DNA of 64,000 nt from a virus (IMGVR_UViG_3300032287_003622:1-64000); one strand, 5' to 3'; positions 10,821 through 20,861 are shown, counted from the stretch's first letter. Made by a program: numbers and translations. Notes: generated from the letters alone by a model not told the origin.

Positions 10821-11143
10821 AAACATTTTTTTTATGGATGCAACGCGATGAAGGATGGAAAACTGTCATGGCCTCGGTGTATGCTGTGATCTGTCTGTTT
10901 GATTTTGTTGTGGCTCCAGCGTATTTTGCACACACACGAATCCGGGTGTTGAACGATTTTGAAAACATGCAGTTGGCCAAGCTCAGTCCTGCCATACAAG
11001 ATCAAGTGGCCAAGACCATAACACTGCGACATTCTCCATTTACACTGGAAGGTGGCGGCATGTTCCACATAGCCTTTGGCGCATTGCTCACAGGCAGTGC
11101 TATCAATAGGATCAAATCAGGAGCCAACAGTGACAAGGCCTGA
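10817..11143 (+). CDS. Membrane protein, possible holin
   Basis: Hydrophobic helices VYAVICLFDFVVAP and FHIAFGALL. Confidence 0.5.
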   Translation: MKTFFLWMQRDEGWKTVMASVYAVICLFDFVVAPAYFAHTRIRVLNDFENMQLAKLSPAIQDQVAKTITLRHSPFTLEGGGMFHIAFGALLTGSAINRIKSGANSDKA

Positions 11144-11175
11144 TCAATACCCAGTATATCCCGAGGACAACGGCA

Positions 11176-11766
11176 GTGATACTCCAAGACTTCCATACGC
11201 ACCAGTCTAGTCTTGATGAGTCAAGCGGCTACAGCCTAGCAGGCAGCTTCACCCGTGATCTCACGGCCAGTAAAGTCTGGTTGCTCACGGAGTTAGAACG
11301 CATACAACGAGATTTCAGCACTGTTTATGTGTTGGGATCTTGGTATGGAAATCTTGCACTATACATGACCTTGCAACCAAGAATTCACGCAGATCGAATC
11401 ATCAACGTTGAAAAGAATTTGGAAATGTTAGATGCCAGCCAAAGTTTGTTGGACTTGGCCGGAGCCAGCAACGTCAAATACATGTTGGCAGATGCCAACA
11501 AGTTAGACTACCGACAACTAGGAGACAGTGGCTGTGTGATCAATACCAGCCTTACCGACATGCCAGGACGAGCATGGTTCTTGAATATACCTGACGGTAC
11601 CTTGGTGGTGCTTCAAGGGCGCGACCATGATCCCAACAGAGATTTTTCGAGCACACAGGACATTGTAGACCGTTTTCCACTCAGCGAAGTATTGTATCAT
11701 GGACGTATGCAACTGCGTGATCCTGAAACTGAATATACTCGTTACATGGTAATTGGACGCAAATAG
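11176..11766 (+). CDS. Class I SAM-dependent methyltransferase-like protein
   Basis: VYVLGSWYG, INVE, ADAN, VINTS motifs. Confidence 0.7.
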   Translation: MILQDFHTHQSSLDESSGYSLAGSFTRDLTASKVWLLTELERIQRDFSTVYVLGSWYGNLALYMTLQPRIHADRIINVEKNLEMLDASQSLLDLAGASNVKYMLADANKLDYRQLGDSGCVINTSLTDMPGRAWFLNIPDGTLVVLQGRDHDPNRDFSSTQDIVDRFPLSEVLYHGRMQLRDPETEYTRYMVIGRK

Positions 11767-11770
11767 AATT

Positions 11771-11840
11771 TGGCCTTAGGACCGAATGGCCGGCTGCTGG
11801 CCTGGTGAAACGATTCGCTACCGTGACGCCTGAAGTGAGC
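11771..11840 (+). ncRNA. Candidate structured intergenic RNA of unknown family
   Basis: GC-rich intergenic stretch with stems GGCCG/UGGCC, GGUG/CGCC and ACG/CGU and a possible loop-tail pairing. Confidence 0.35.
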
Positions 11841-11851
11841 TAACTACTAGC

Positions 11852-12460
11852 ATGATTATTGCCAACCACAAACCCATAAGAATTATTGGTTACGCAGGAT
11901 CCTCAATGACACAGGAATTCGTCAACGAAATTTCAAAAACGCACAAACCGGTGATTATTACACTCAAAGATTTTGAGCTAGATATCAATGATCAATATCA
12001 ATATATTGTTTCCAACACATTTGACATGGCAGAAAGAAAAAATGTCATTGATCAAATTGACAAATATCAATTAGATCTTGTAACGGTCATACATGATTCT
12101 GTTTTAATAGGCACTAATCCCGAAGCTCTAATAGGAGCTGGCAGTTTTATATTTCCTTTTACTTGTGTAAGTCTGGGTGCGCAAATCGGTCGTCATTGTG
12201 TGATTGGGCCATATAATTTAATTGGTCACTATAGTGTGTTAGGCAATAACTGCATAACCCGTCCAGGAGTTACCATAAGTGACAAAAGTCAAGTAGGTAA
12301 CAACTGTATTTTTAACATCAAAGCAACTGTGACCAACAAGGTCCACATCGTTGATGATGTTGAAGTTCAAGGATTAAGCAACGTGGTCAAAGACATAACG
12401 GTAGCTGGCCAGTATGTAGGTGCTTTGGCACGGCGTGTTAGCGATTTCCAAATACAGTAA
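11852..12460 (+). CDS. Hexapeptide-repeat sugar acetyltransferase (NeuD/PglD-like)
   Basis: Left-handed beta-helix repeats (IGAGSFI, IGRHCVIG, LGNNCI, VGNNCIF). Confidence 0.8.
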   Translation: MIIANHKPIRIIGYAGSSMTQEFVNEISKTHKPVIITLKDFELDINDQYQYIVSNTFDMAERKNVIDQIDKYQLDLVTVIHDSVLIGTNPEALIGAGSFIFPFTCVSLGAQIGRHCVIGPYNLIGHYSVLGNNCITRPGVTISDKSQVGNNCIFNIKATVTNKVHIVDDVEVQGLSNVVKDITVAGQYVGALARRVSDFQIQ

Positions 12461-13100
12461 ACTCAGTTAAAGGTTTATAGTCTTGCCAACTCCAGATTTT
12501 TTCTTGAGGCACATCATGCAGTTGATCAAACAAAAGAATACCACGGGCAGCGTCTTCTGGTGTCATATAGTAGTGATATCCGATCAGTTTGATGTCGTCG
12601 TTGATCCAGAGCAGTTCTCTGTTTCTTCCATCACGCACCATGCATTGTAATTTTTTATAAAGATCAATATCGTCGGTCAATATCATTCCGCCGCGACCAA
12701 TGGGAATATGTTTTTTAAACTGAAAACTCAGGCATGTCAAGGTTCCAGGTAGATAGCTGTTTTGTTGCCATACTCGAGCCGCATCAATGACTGGCAGTGG
12801 ATCCAAGGCATATTGATTTTGCCATTTTAAATTAACAAATTTGTAATTTTGCCGTATTTTTTCTGCCATCATAGCCACACTCATGTAGGTATGGTCGGGT
12901 ATGGCAATTTGTTGATCAAGCTGATCTAGGGCCAACAAACTCAATTCCATAGCGTGAGTGCAACAGTCCGTGGCCACTGCATATGGTGCTCCAAAAAACT
13001 CTGCTATCTTTTTTTCAAACAAATCAACTATCTGCCAGTTATGCTCGAATTCATAACCGTGTTGTCTGAGTTGATCTAGTTCAAAGCGATTTATAGACAT
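12438..13100 (-). CDS. Short DegT/DnrJ/EryC1/StrS PLP aminotransferase-like protein
   Basis: FEKKIAEFFGAPYAVATDCCTHA, DAA, CLSFQFKKHIPIGRGGMIL. Confidence 0.82.
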   Translation of the reverse strand: MSINRFELDQLRQHGYEFEHNWQIVDLFEKKIAEFFGAPYAVATDCCTHAMELSLLALDQLDQQIAIPDHTYMSVAMMAEKIRQNYKFVNLKWQNQYALDPLPVIDAARVWQQNSYLPGTLTCLSFQFKKHIPIGRGGMILTDDIDLYKKLQCMVRDGRNRELLWINDDIKLIGYHYYMTPEDAARGILLFDQLHDVPQEKIWSWQDYKPLTEFTVFGNR

Positions 13101-14011
13101 GCTGAAAGTTGTTGTATGATTTGTTGGCAAGTCTTTAATTCACTGACATGATCTATACCGTGACCTAGATACACATGACCATCTTGTCTACCACGCATGC
13201 CACGCAATAATCCCATGGTGCCATTGGCATCGTCGGGTCCACGATAGGGCTGGAATTGCAAGGCACTTTGTTTACGCTCTACACCACCCACTTCATGCAC
13301 AAATTTTGTCAAATCGGCACTTTGTTTTTGTATGGCTGCTAATTTGGTTTCTATGCTCAGCGGACTTTCTACGCTCAAGGCCAGCACTGTGCCCACAGCA
13401 ACCATTTCTGCCCCTAGATTAATGTAATCCTTGACCTGTTCAGCTGTGCCCACACCACCGTATGGTATCAACATGGCTCTTGGGGTCAACTCGAGTTGTT
13501 TTAAAAATAATTCTCGTATTGGGGTGTGTCCGGTGAATCCAGCACTTTCGGCACCTTTGATACAGAATCCGTCCAGCAGATGTAGATCCATGGTAGCTTG
13601 ATCCACCGGATCATACATGCGTTTGAAAACCTTGGTTCCTAGAGCCTTGATCGGTTCCAACAATGCAATTAAATCTGTGGTCAACTCTTGTTCGGTGGCC
13701 GTGGGTCTGAATGTATTTTTGTCACCGTAAATTATTTCCATGGTAGGAATATGATGAGATTTTACAATGTCTTGCACAGCTATTGATTCGTATTCATGCA
13801 ATTCAAAACTAAGATGTATGCGATTGGTGCCAGTGCTTTGAACAAATTTGTCCAGATCGCGTTGCATGAGTTCTGGCTTGCCGTTGTAGGTCCAAGAACA
13901 CAGGCTAGGATAACCTCCTGCCTTGTGGACTGCAATGGCCAGTTCCACAGTTGACCCTTTGTTCATGCAGGCTTCTAAAATAGGATATTGAGATTGGAAT
14001 ACCGCGGACAT
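13091..14011 (-). CDS. Nitronate monooxygenase / FabK-like FMN TIM-barrel protein
   Basis: YPILEACM, LAIAVHKAGG, KGAESAG, YGGVG, LGAEMVAVGT. Confidence 0.8.
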   Translation of the reverse strand: MSAVFQSQYPILEACMNKGSTVELAIAVHKAGGYPSLCSWTYNGKPELMQRDLDKFVQSTGTNRIHLSFELHEYESIAVQDIVKSHHIPTMEIIYGDKNTFRPTATEQELTTDLIALLEPIKALGTKVFKRMYDPVDQATMDLHLLDGFCIKGAESAGFTGHTPIRELFLKQLELTPRAMLIPYGGVGTAEQVKDYINLGAEMVAVGTVLALSVESPLSIETKLAAIQKQSADLTKFVHEVGGVERKQSALQFQPYRGPDDANGTMGLLRGMRGRQDGHVYLGHGIDHVSELKTCQQIIQQLSACL

Positions 14012-14014
14012 GAA

Positions 14015-15106
14015 CTATTTACAATCAAAATGTTTGATCAACCATTTTCTTGACAATTTTCCAGAATCAGATCGAGGTATGTTTTGCAATTGCTTGATCC
14101 ATGAAGGATAACAGGCAGAGTGTATGAGTTGTAGTTTTTGGATAACCTGTGACATATCTACCTCACCAACATAGGCACAATTTACTGCCGTGATTCCAAA
14201 AATCATGATTTCTTGCAGTTCCGGAATAGCCTGTAGCATTTGTTGCTCTACACTGACTGGGTCTATTTTGTAACCTCGCACATTGATACGATCGACACTG
14301 CGACCCAGTATTCGATAATAGCCATGATCATCCTGCTCGGCCAAGTCACCGGTGTCAAACCAATCCTGAGTGTATGCTTGTTTACTCTTGATCCACAAAT
14401 GACCGTTCCTTATGTCGGCCTCTACACCAGTGGTAGGGACACCTACTGTGCCTGATCGTTGGGGACCTTGCAAGGGATTGGACAACACATGACTCATGGC
14501 TTCGGTCATGCCAAAATATTCCACTACCGGCACCTGAAATTTGTTTTGAAGTTGTTGAAAAAGTTCCGGGCTCAGTGGAGCACTACCGCTGCGGATCAAT
14601 CTCAATGTAGACAATGGCAATTCATGCACCACGGACAATATGTCAGGTATAGCCGACACAAAGGTGGGTTGATATTTGATCATCTGTCGCGCTTGGCGAA
14701 CCGATAAAAAATGTGTTTCACAGCCTGCGTCTCGTGTGGCCCAATACAACGATTGTCCGTGAGCATGCCACAGACTCATCACTCCCACATATCTATCATT
14801 GGCTGTGATTTCCAAATCTTTCTGTATTGAGCTCACTAAATTGTTCAGTTGTTGTTGTGAAAAACTATAGAATTTGCTGTCGCCTACAGTGCCCGAAGTA
14901 TACCATAGCAGGCGTTCGTTGCTGTAGTCACCGCCGGATCTTTGTTGTTGGTAATTGGGTTCAATCAAAAGGCTCCAATCTACTTGATCCAAAAGGTATT
15001 TTTTCCTCGCAGGAGTATAATCCGGATTCACGATCATGATGCTATAATCATCCAATTGACCTATGTAGTCCTGTGGATTGGGGACACACAAAACTGCTCT
15101 TTTCAT
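14015..15106 (-). CDS. AMP-dependent acyl-CoA synthetase/ligase
   Basis: YTSGTVGDSK, FGMTEA, FDTGDL, GRSVDRINVRG, SGKLSR. Confidence 0.88.
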   Translation of the reverse strand: MKRAVLCVPNPQDYIGQLDDYSIMIVNPDYTPARKKYLLDQVDWSLLIEPNYQQQRSGGDYSNERLLWYTSGTVGDSKFYSFSQQQLNNLVSSIQKDLEITANDRYVGVMSLWHAHGQSLYWATRDAGCETHFLSVRQARQMIKYQPTFVSAIPDILSVVHELPLSTLRLIRSGSAPLSPELFQQLQNKFQVPVVEYFGMTEAMSHVLSNPLQGPQRSGTVGVPTTGVEADIRNGHLWIKSKQAYTQDWFDTGDLAEQDDHGYYRILGRSVDRINVRGYKIDPVSVEQQMLQAIPELQEIMIFGITAVNCAYVGEVDMSQVIQKLQLIHSACYPSWIKQLQNIPRSDSGKLSRKWLIKHFDCK

Positions 15107-15160
15107 TGACCTACCTGGGAAATTTAATATATAATAAGTTACTTATAAAGAGCATCCACA

Positions 15161-16078
15161 ATGAAAAAGATATTTTTGACCTTGAGCATGGTCTGGATTT
15201 CTGTTGTCCAGGCCCAGGAAATCATACGCATACAAACTCCCTACACGGCCAGCCACAGTGGCACTCCGGCCATGTTGCGTATCATCGAAACAGCCAATAA
15301 CATGCAAAAAGACTATACCTTTGTGTTGGAATTCCGGCCTGGTGGTAATCAAGTTATCGCAGTCAAACAAATGGATCAAGATCCACAGCGCAATTTGGCC
15401 ATCATAGCCGCCTCGTTCGTGGAAAATACCGAACAGAAAATTTTGTCAGCCGCAGACTATGTGCCTGTGTGGAGTCTAGGTGACGCTTGCTGGATGGTCA
15501 TGTCAACCGTGGCCCGTAGTTCATCTATTTTTGGACTACGAGATTCCAAGGAGCTCACAGTAGGCACTGTGGGATTTGGCAACGCCACACATCTCACCGC
15601 CTTGCAGATTGGAAAAAAATACAATTTGAAAGTGCGTTTGGTTCCATTCAAGTCCAACTATGATGCGGTAGTAAACATGATCGGTGACAATGGAGTGACT
15701 TTTGGTATCGACACTCCGGCATCATTTGAAAATCTACGTTCAAGGAATCCACGCCTTAAAAATTTGGCCGTAAGTTGTCCTAAACGTCTGCTTGACTATC
15801 CAGATGTGCCCACACTGCGCGAGCAAGGCATAGTGGCACCATCGGTTATCAACATTGTGGTAGCCAACCAGATCATGTCTGCAGACCGCAGGCAACAACT
15901 GGGCAAAATACTTGAACAGGCCACCAATATGATCGGTGAACCAGAAATAGTCAAGTCAAGCGGATTCGTGCCACCACAGTTTGATCAAATAACTGCACAA
16001 CAACATTTTACCAAAAGTATGGAGTTGATCAGCAAATTGCGCAGACAATTTGAAAAAGAAATTATGCAATCGCAGTAG
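15161..16078 (+). CDS. Tripartite tricarboxylate transporter substrate-binding protein (TctC/Bug family)
   Basis: Signal peptide; RPGG, GTVGFGNATHL, VPFKS, PDVPTLREQG. Confidence 0.8.
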   Translation: MKKIFLTLSMVWISVVQAQEIIRIQTPYTASHSGTPAMLRIIETANNMQKDYTFVLEFRPGGNQVIAVKQMDQDPQRNLAIIAASFVENTEQKILSAADYVPVWSLGDACWMVMSTVARSSSIFGLRDSKELTVGTVGFGNATHLTALQIGKKYNLKVRLVPFKSNYDAVVNMIGDNGVTFGIDTPASFENLRSRNPRLKNLAVSCPKRLLDYPDVPTLREQGIVAPSVINIVVANQIMSADRRQQLGKILEQATNMIGEPEIVKSSGFVPPQFDQITAQQHFTKSMELISKLRRQFEKEIMQSQ

Positions 16079-16081
16079 TTA

Positions 16082-16110
16082 TTGACAGGCTGTCAAATAT
16101 TCTGTATAGT
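16082..16110 (+). promoter_or_regulatory. Sigma70-type promoter with an inverted repeat over the -35 box
   Basis: TTGACA-17-TATAGT; TTGACA-GGC-TGTCAA palindrome. Confidence 0.7.
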
Positions 16111-16131
16111 AAACAATTAAAGGAGAAATAA

Positions 16132-16392
16132 ATGGCAACAAAAAACTTTAACTCAGAACAAACTAAAAAGCTCAATCAAGTGATCAACGAAGGTATGCAG
16201 GTCATGCACGAAATCGAAACCTTGACCGGTGGACTCAATGACACTGTCAAGGCAATAGCAGAGGAACTAGAAATTAAACCCAACATCCTCAAAAAAGCCA
16301 TTAAACTAGCACACAAGAGTGAGTTTGGTCGTGAGCAACAGGATCATGAGTTGTTGGAACAGATCTTGACCACGGTAGGTAAAACTCTATAA
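16132..16392 (+). CDS. Small dsDNA-binding protein (T4 DsbA/GapR-like coiled coil)
   Basis: 86 aa; IAEELEIKPNILKKAIKLAHK; strong SD AAGGAG. Confidence 0.6.
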   Translation: MATKNFNSEQTKKLNQVINEGMQVMHEIETLTGGLNDTVKAIAEELEIKPNILKKAIKLAHKSEFGREQQDHELLEQILTTVGKTL

Positions 16393-16467
16393 ATATCTCT
16401 AGCAAGAGACGAGTCGTTGCCGTAAGCAACATGAATCATGGCCAGCCAGCCATAACTGGAGAATAGT
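16388..16467 (+). promoter_or_regulatory. Late promoter TATAAATA and a structured 5' leader of the DNA polymerase gene
   Basis: TATAAATA at 16388; hairpin GTTGC-CGTAA-GCAAC; AUGG/CCAU plus CCAG/CUGG pairing overlapping SD GGAGA. Confidence 0.5.
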
Positions 16468-19125
16468 TTGAGTTACGTAGACGCACTTTTTGATCGTGAA
16501 CACGATCGCATACATGTAGTTGAACGCAGAGATAGCGAACGTCGCTATCAGGAATACCCGGCCAACTATGTGTTCTATTACGATGATCCCCGTGGCAAGT
16601 TTGTCAGTATCTATGGCAACCCAGTCAGCCGCTTTAGCACTAGAAACAACAAAGAATTCCGTAAAGAGATCCGCATACAGTCGGGCAAACAACTGTATGA
16701 ATCAGACATCAATCCCATATTCCGTTGCCTAGAGGAAAACTACAAAGGACAAGATGCACCACGCCTGAACGTGGCGTTTTTCGACATTGAAGTAGACTTT
16801 GATTCCGATCGTGGATTCAGTCCACCAGAAGATCCATTTAATCCTATTACTGCTATTTCTGTTTACCTAGGCTGGGTCAACAGATTGATTACCTTGGTAG
16901 TTCCACCCAAGCACATGACCTGGGAGACTGCACAGGAGATTGTGGCCGAGTTTGACGACACCCTGTTATTTGAGCGTGAGGAAGACATGCTCAACACGTT
17001 CCTGGATCTCATTGAGGATGCCGATGCACTTTCGGGTTGGAATTCAGAGGGCTATGATATCCCTTATACTATTAATCGCGTGACCCGTGTGCTCAGCAAA
17101 GATGATACACGCAGATTCTGCTTGTGGAATCAGTATCCCAAAGGCCGAACCTTTGAACGCTTTGGCAATGAAAGTCAGACCTATGACTTGATCGGTCGTG
17201 TGCATATGGACTATATGCAACTGTATAGGAAATACACCTATGAAGAGCGTCATAGTTATAGTCTGGATGCCATCTTGGAGTATGAAGGCCTAGAAGGCAA
17301 GACCAAGTTTGAAGGCACACTAGATGCGTTGTATAATCAAAACTTCAAGAGGTTCATTGAATATAACCGACAGGACGTCAACGGCCTGGCCCAGTTAGAC
17401 AAGAAGCTGAAATTCTTGGACTTGGCCAATACCTTGGCACATGAGAACACAGTGTTGCTACAGACCACCATGGGTGCCGTGGCCGTGACAGAACAGGCCA
17501 TTATCAATGAAGCGCACGAGCGTGGACTTGTAGTGCCTAATCGCAAAGAACGTTACAGTGACGAGGACACACAGGCCGCGGGTGCTTATGTGGCTTATCC
17601 ACGCAAAGGCATACACGAATTTGTGGGCAGCATAGACATCAACAGTCTATATCCTTCGGCAATTCGAGCACTCAATATGGGACCCGAGACCATTGTAGGA
17701 CAACTGCGCCCTGTAATGACTGAACGCTACATTGCTGACAAGATGCGTAGTGGATCGAGTTTTGCTGCGGCCTGGGAAGGCCTGTTTGGCAGTCTTGAAT
17801 ACACTGCTGTCATGGAACAAAAACCGGGCACAGAAATCACTGTAGACTGGCAAGACGGTGAAGAAAGTATTCACAGCGCCGCAGATGTTTGGCGCATGAT
17901 CTTTGACAGCAACCAACCTTGGATGGTCACAGCCAACGGCACTATCTTTACCTATGAACGCGAAGCAGTGATTCCTGGCTTGTTGAAACGTTGGTATGCA
18001 GAACGCAAAGAAATGCAGGCTCGACTCAAAGAATGCAAGAATCTCGAAGATGAAGAATATTGGGACAAGCGTCAGTTGGTCAAAAAGATTAATTTGAATA
18101 GTTTGTATGGCGCTATCTTGAACCCAGGTTGCCGTTTTTTTGACAAACGCATTGGACAAAGCACCACACTCACAGGTCGTGCCATTGCCCGTCACATGGA
18201 TGCCTATGTCAACGAGTGTATCACGGGTGAGTATGATCATGTGGGTGAGGCCATCATTTATGGCGACACAGATTCATGTTACTTCTCAGCCTATCCGGTA
18301 TTAAAACCCGAGATCGAAGCTGGAAACATGATCTGGTCGAAAGAAATGGCTGTGCAGTTATACAACAGCATCGCAGATCAAGTCAATGAAAGTTTTCCTG
18401 GATTTATGGAACAGGCATTCCACGTTCCTCGAGCCATGGGCGAAGTCATACGTGGTGGTAGAGAGATTGTGGCCAGCAAAGGCTTGTTCATTACCAAAAA
18501 GCGTTATGCTGTGCTATACTATGACAAAGAGAACAAACGTGTGGACACACATGGTGAGCCCGGACGGGTCAAGGCCATGGGTCTAGATTTAAAGAGATCT
18601 GACACACCCAAGGTCATCCAAGACTTCCTCAGCGAGATCCTCAACGATGTGCTCACAGGTAAAACACGTGAGCAGGTCATTGAAAAGATCCGTGAGTTTA
18701 AATATGCTTTCAAAGAGAGACCGGGTTGGGAAAAGGGCAGTCCCAAGCGTGTGAACAACTTGACCAAGTATGCCAAGGAAGAAGAACGCTTGGGCAAAGC
18801 CAACATGCCCGGCCATGTGCGTGCCGCAATCAACTGGAACAACTTGCGTAAAATGAACTCGGACAAGTATAGCATGCAGATCGTGGATGGCATGAAGACC
18901 ATTGTGTGCAAGCTGAAATCAAATCCGTTGGGGTGGACCAGCATAGGTTATCCCACAGACGAAACCAACTTGCCCGCATGGTTCCGGGAACTGCCGTTTG
19001 ACGATGCAGACATGGAGCAGACTGTGGTAGATCAAAAACTAGACAACTTGCTGGGTGTGTTGGATTGGGATCTCAAATCAGCCACCAACACAGAAAACAC
19101 TTTTCAAGCACTGTTTGATTGGTAA
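16468..19125 (+). CDS. Family B DNA polymerase (T4 gp43-like)
   Basis: Exonuclease motifs FDIE and GWNSEGYD; polymerase motifs DINSLYPS, KINLNSLYG, YGDTDS, KKRY; TTG start. Confidence 0.97.
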   Translation: MSYVDALFDREHDRIHVVERRDSERRYQEYPANYVFYYDDPRGKFVSIYGNPVSRFSTRNNKEFRKEIRIQSGKQLYESDINPIFRCLEENYKGQDAPRLNVAFFDIEVDFDSDRGFSPPEDPFNPITAISVYLGWVNRLITLVVPPKHMTWETAQEIVAEFDDTLLFEREEDMLNTFLDLIEDADALSGWNSEGYDIPYTINRVTRVLSKDDTRRFCLWNQYPKGRTFERFGNESQTYDLIGRVHMDYMQLYRKYTYEERHSYSLDAILEYEGLEGKTKFEGTLDALYNQNFKRFIEYNRQDVNGLAQLDKKLKFLDLANTLAHENTVLLQTTMGAVAVTEQAIINEAHERGLVVPNRKERYSDEDTQAAGAYVAYPRKGIHEFVGSIDINSLYPSAIRALNMGPETIVGQLRPVMTERYIADKMRSGSSFAAAWEGLFGSLEYTAVMEQKPGTEITVDWQDGEESIHSAADVWRMIFDSNQPWMVTANGTIFTYEREAVIPGLLKRWYAERKEMQARLKECKNLEDEEYWDKRQLVKKINLNSLYGAILNPGCRFFDKRIGQSTTLTGRAIARHMDAYVNECITGEYDHVGEAIIYGDTDSCYFSAYPVLKPEIEAGNMIWSKEMAVQLYNSIADQVNESFPGFMEQAFHVPRAMGEVIRGGREIVASKGLFITKKRYAVLYYDKENKRVDTHGEPGRVKAMGLDLKRSDTPKVIQDFLSEILNDVLTGKTREQVIEKIREFKYAFKERPGWEKGSPKRVNNLTKYAKEEERLGKANMPGHVRAAINWNNLRKMNSDKYSMQIVDGMKTIVCKLKSNPLGWTSIGYPTDETNLPAWFRELPFDDADMEQTVVDQKLDNLLGVLDWDLKSATNTENTFQALFDW

Positions 19126-19126
19126 T

Positions 19127-20107
19127 ATGAAACTTAGTGAATTAGTTGCCTACAAAAATCAATTAGAATCTATCAGCGTCATGCCGATAGCTCGCACAAC
19201 TTTGGATGATTTAGAAAAAATCAATCATGTTGTGAAAAACAACAAATTGCAAATGAATTTTCACGTTCAGCAATTGCAAAATCAAAAAGAAGTAATACAT
19301 CAGGCTTTTGATTGTTTTGAATCAAATTTACAAATACTGAAACAAGAAGTGCAAGAGTTGATTACTCACAATGAAAAGGCATTGTTTCAAAAAAGTTATA
19401 GTCAGTATGAAAAAGTCAAACAAGAACTCAATTGCGAGCAACTGATAAACGCTCACAATGAGCAGATACTCAATAGAACTATATCTACTGGGCTAGATCC
19501 CGAGCAAATTCAACTTTCAAGGATAGCACGCTACAGCGATTGGCGTCAAGCTGCGGTGATCATACGCCCGGCAAGAGAAATTTTTATTGAACACATGGTA
19601 GCCAATGATCCTCTTTATATCTTAGACGAAAGTCATGATCTTTTGAAACCGGCCATGTCAAAGTTCAACGAACTTTATCAAAATAGACTACGACCATACG
19701 TGGTTGATGAAGATGCCAACACGCCCTTGTTGATAAAAATTCCTGATGCTCAAATTGGCACATTTTTAGTATATAATTTTTTCAACTACAAACCTTTTGA
19801 AGTTATCAAAAACTATTTGGAACAAATTTATCAAAAACTCAGACCTGGCGGGATATTACTAATGACCTTCAATGATTGCGATCGTTACAAAGCAGTGATT
19901 TTGGCCGAAAGTGGTTATGCCTGTTACACTCCTGGCGGCATGGTAAGGAGTTGGGCCAAGAAAGTTGGTTTTGAAGAAATATTTTGCTATCACGACGACA
20001 GTCCTAGCACATGGATTGAATTTAGGAAACCAGGTGAATTTGTTTCATTGCGTGGCGGGCAGGCGCTGGCAAAAATATTACCTAAAACCATTGAAAAATC
20101 TAAATGA
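19127..20107 (+). CDS. Coiled-coil plus degenerate class I methyltransferase-fold protein
   Basis: YNFFNY, IYQKLRPGGILLMTFND. Confidence 0.6.
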   Translation: MKLSELVAYKNQLESISVMPIARTTLDDLEKINHVVKNNKLQMNFHVQQLQNQKEVIHQAFDCFESNLQILKQEVQELITHNEKALFQKSYSQYEKVKQELNCEQLINAHNEQILNRTISTGLDPEQIQLSRIARYSDWRQAAVIIRPAREIFIEHMVANDPLYILDESHDLLKPAMSKFNELYQNRLRPYVVDEDANTPLLIKIPDAQIGTFLVYNFFNYKPFEVIKNYLEQIYQKLRPGGILLMTFNDCDRYKAVILAESGYACYTPGGMVRSWAKKVGFEEIFCYHDDSPSTWIEFRKPGEFVSLRGGQALAKILPKTIEKSK

Positions 20108-20138
20108 TCCCCGTATAATCAAACACAAGGAGAAATTC

Positions 20139-20861
20139 ATGAAAGATCATTTGTTAGACTTAGTAGAACACACACAAAAATTAGGCTGTATTGACTTGAT
20201 TAAAATCACCGGTGACGACAAAAACACGTCGATCAGTGCAGTTGCTGAAGATCGGTCAGTGGTGATAGAAGGTGTTTTTGCTGCGCCTGTGGCCGAATTC
20301 ATTGGCAATTTTGGTATGCCTAACTTGCCCAAACTGCGTATCCTACTGGGCTTGCCAGAGTATCAAGAAAAGGCCAAGCTGAGTATCACACGCAAGGACA
20401 CTGGTGCGCCCGACGGCATCAATTTTGAAAATGCTGCCGGCGACTTCAAAAACAACTACAGATTCATGGCGTCAGAGATTATCAACGAAAAACTCAAGCC
20501 AGTCAAGTTCAAAGGAGTGAACTGGCACATTGAGTTTACTCCCACAGTGGCGGCTATTCAACGACTCAAGATGCAGGCACAGGCCAATGCCGAAGAAATA
20601 AACTTCCAGGCTCGCACAGTTAGCAAAGATTTACAATTTGTGTTTGGTGATCACTCAACGCACTCGGGCAATTTTGTGTTCCAGCACGATGTAACTGGCA
20701 CACTCAAACGTGCATGGTCTTGGCCCATTGGCCTGGTTACTTCTATCTTGGACCTGACCGGTGACAAAACATTCCGCATCAGTGATGATGGCGCCGCCCA
20801 GATCACCGTGGATTCGGGTCTGGCTGTTTACAACTACATACTTCCAGCACAAAGCAAGTGA
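20139..20861 (+). CDS. Putative sliding clamp (gp45-like)
   Basis: 240 aa near the polymerase gene; ends YNYILPAQSK; SD AAGGAG. Confidence 0.6.
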   Translation: MKDHLLDLVEHTQKLGCIDLIKITGDDKNTSISAVAEDRSVVIEGVFAAPVAEFIGNFGMPNLPKLRILLGLPEYQEKAKLSITRKDTGAPDGINFENAAGDFKNNYRFMASEIINEKLKPVKFKGVNWHIEFTPTVAAIQRLKMQAQANAEEINFQARTVSKDLQFVFGDHSTHSGNFVFQHDVTGTLKRAWSWPIGLVTSILDLTGDKTFRISDDGAAQITVDSGLAVYNYILPAQSK

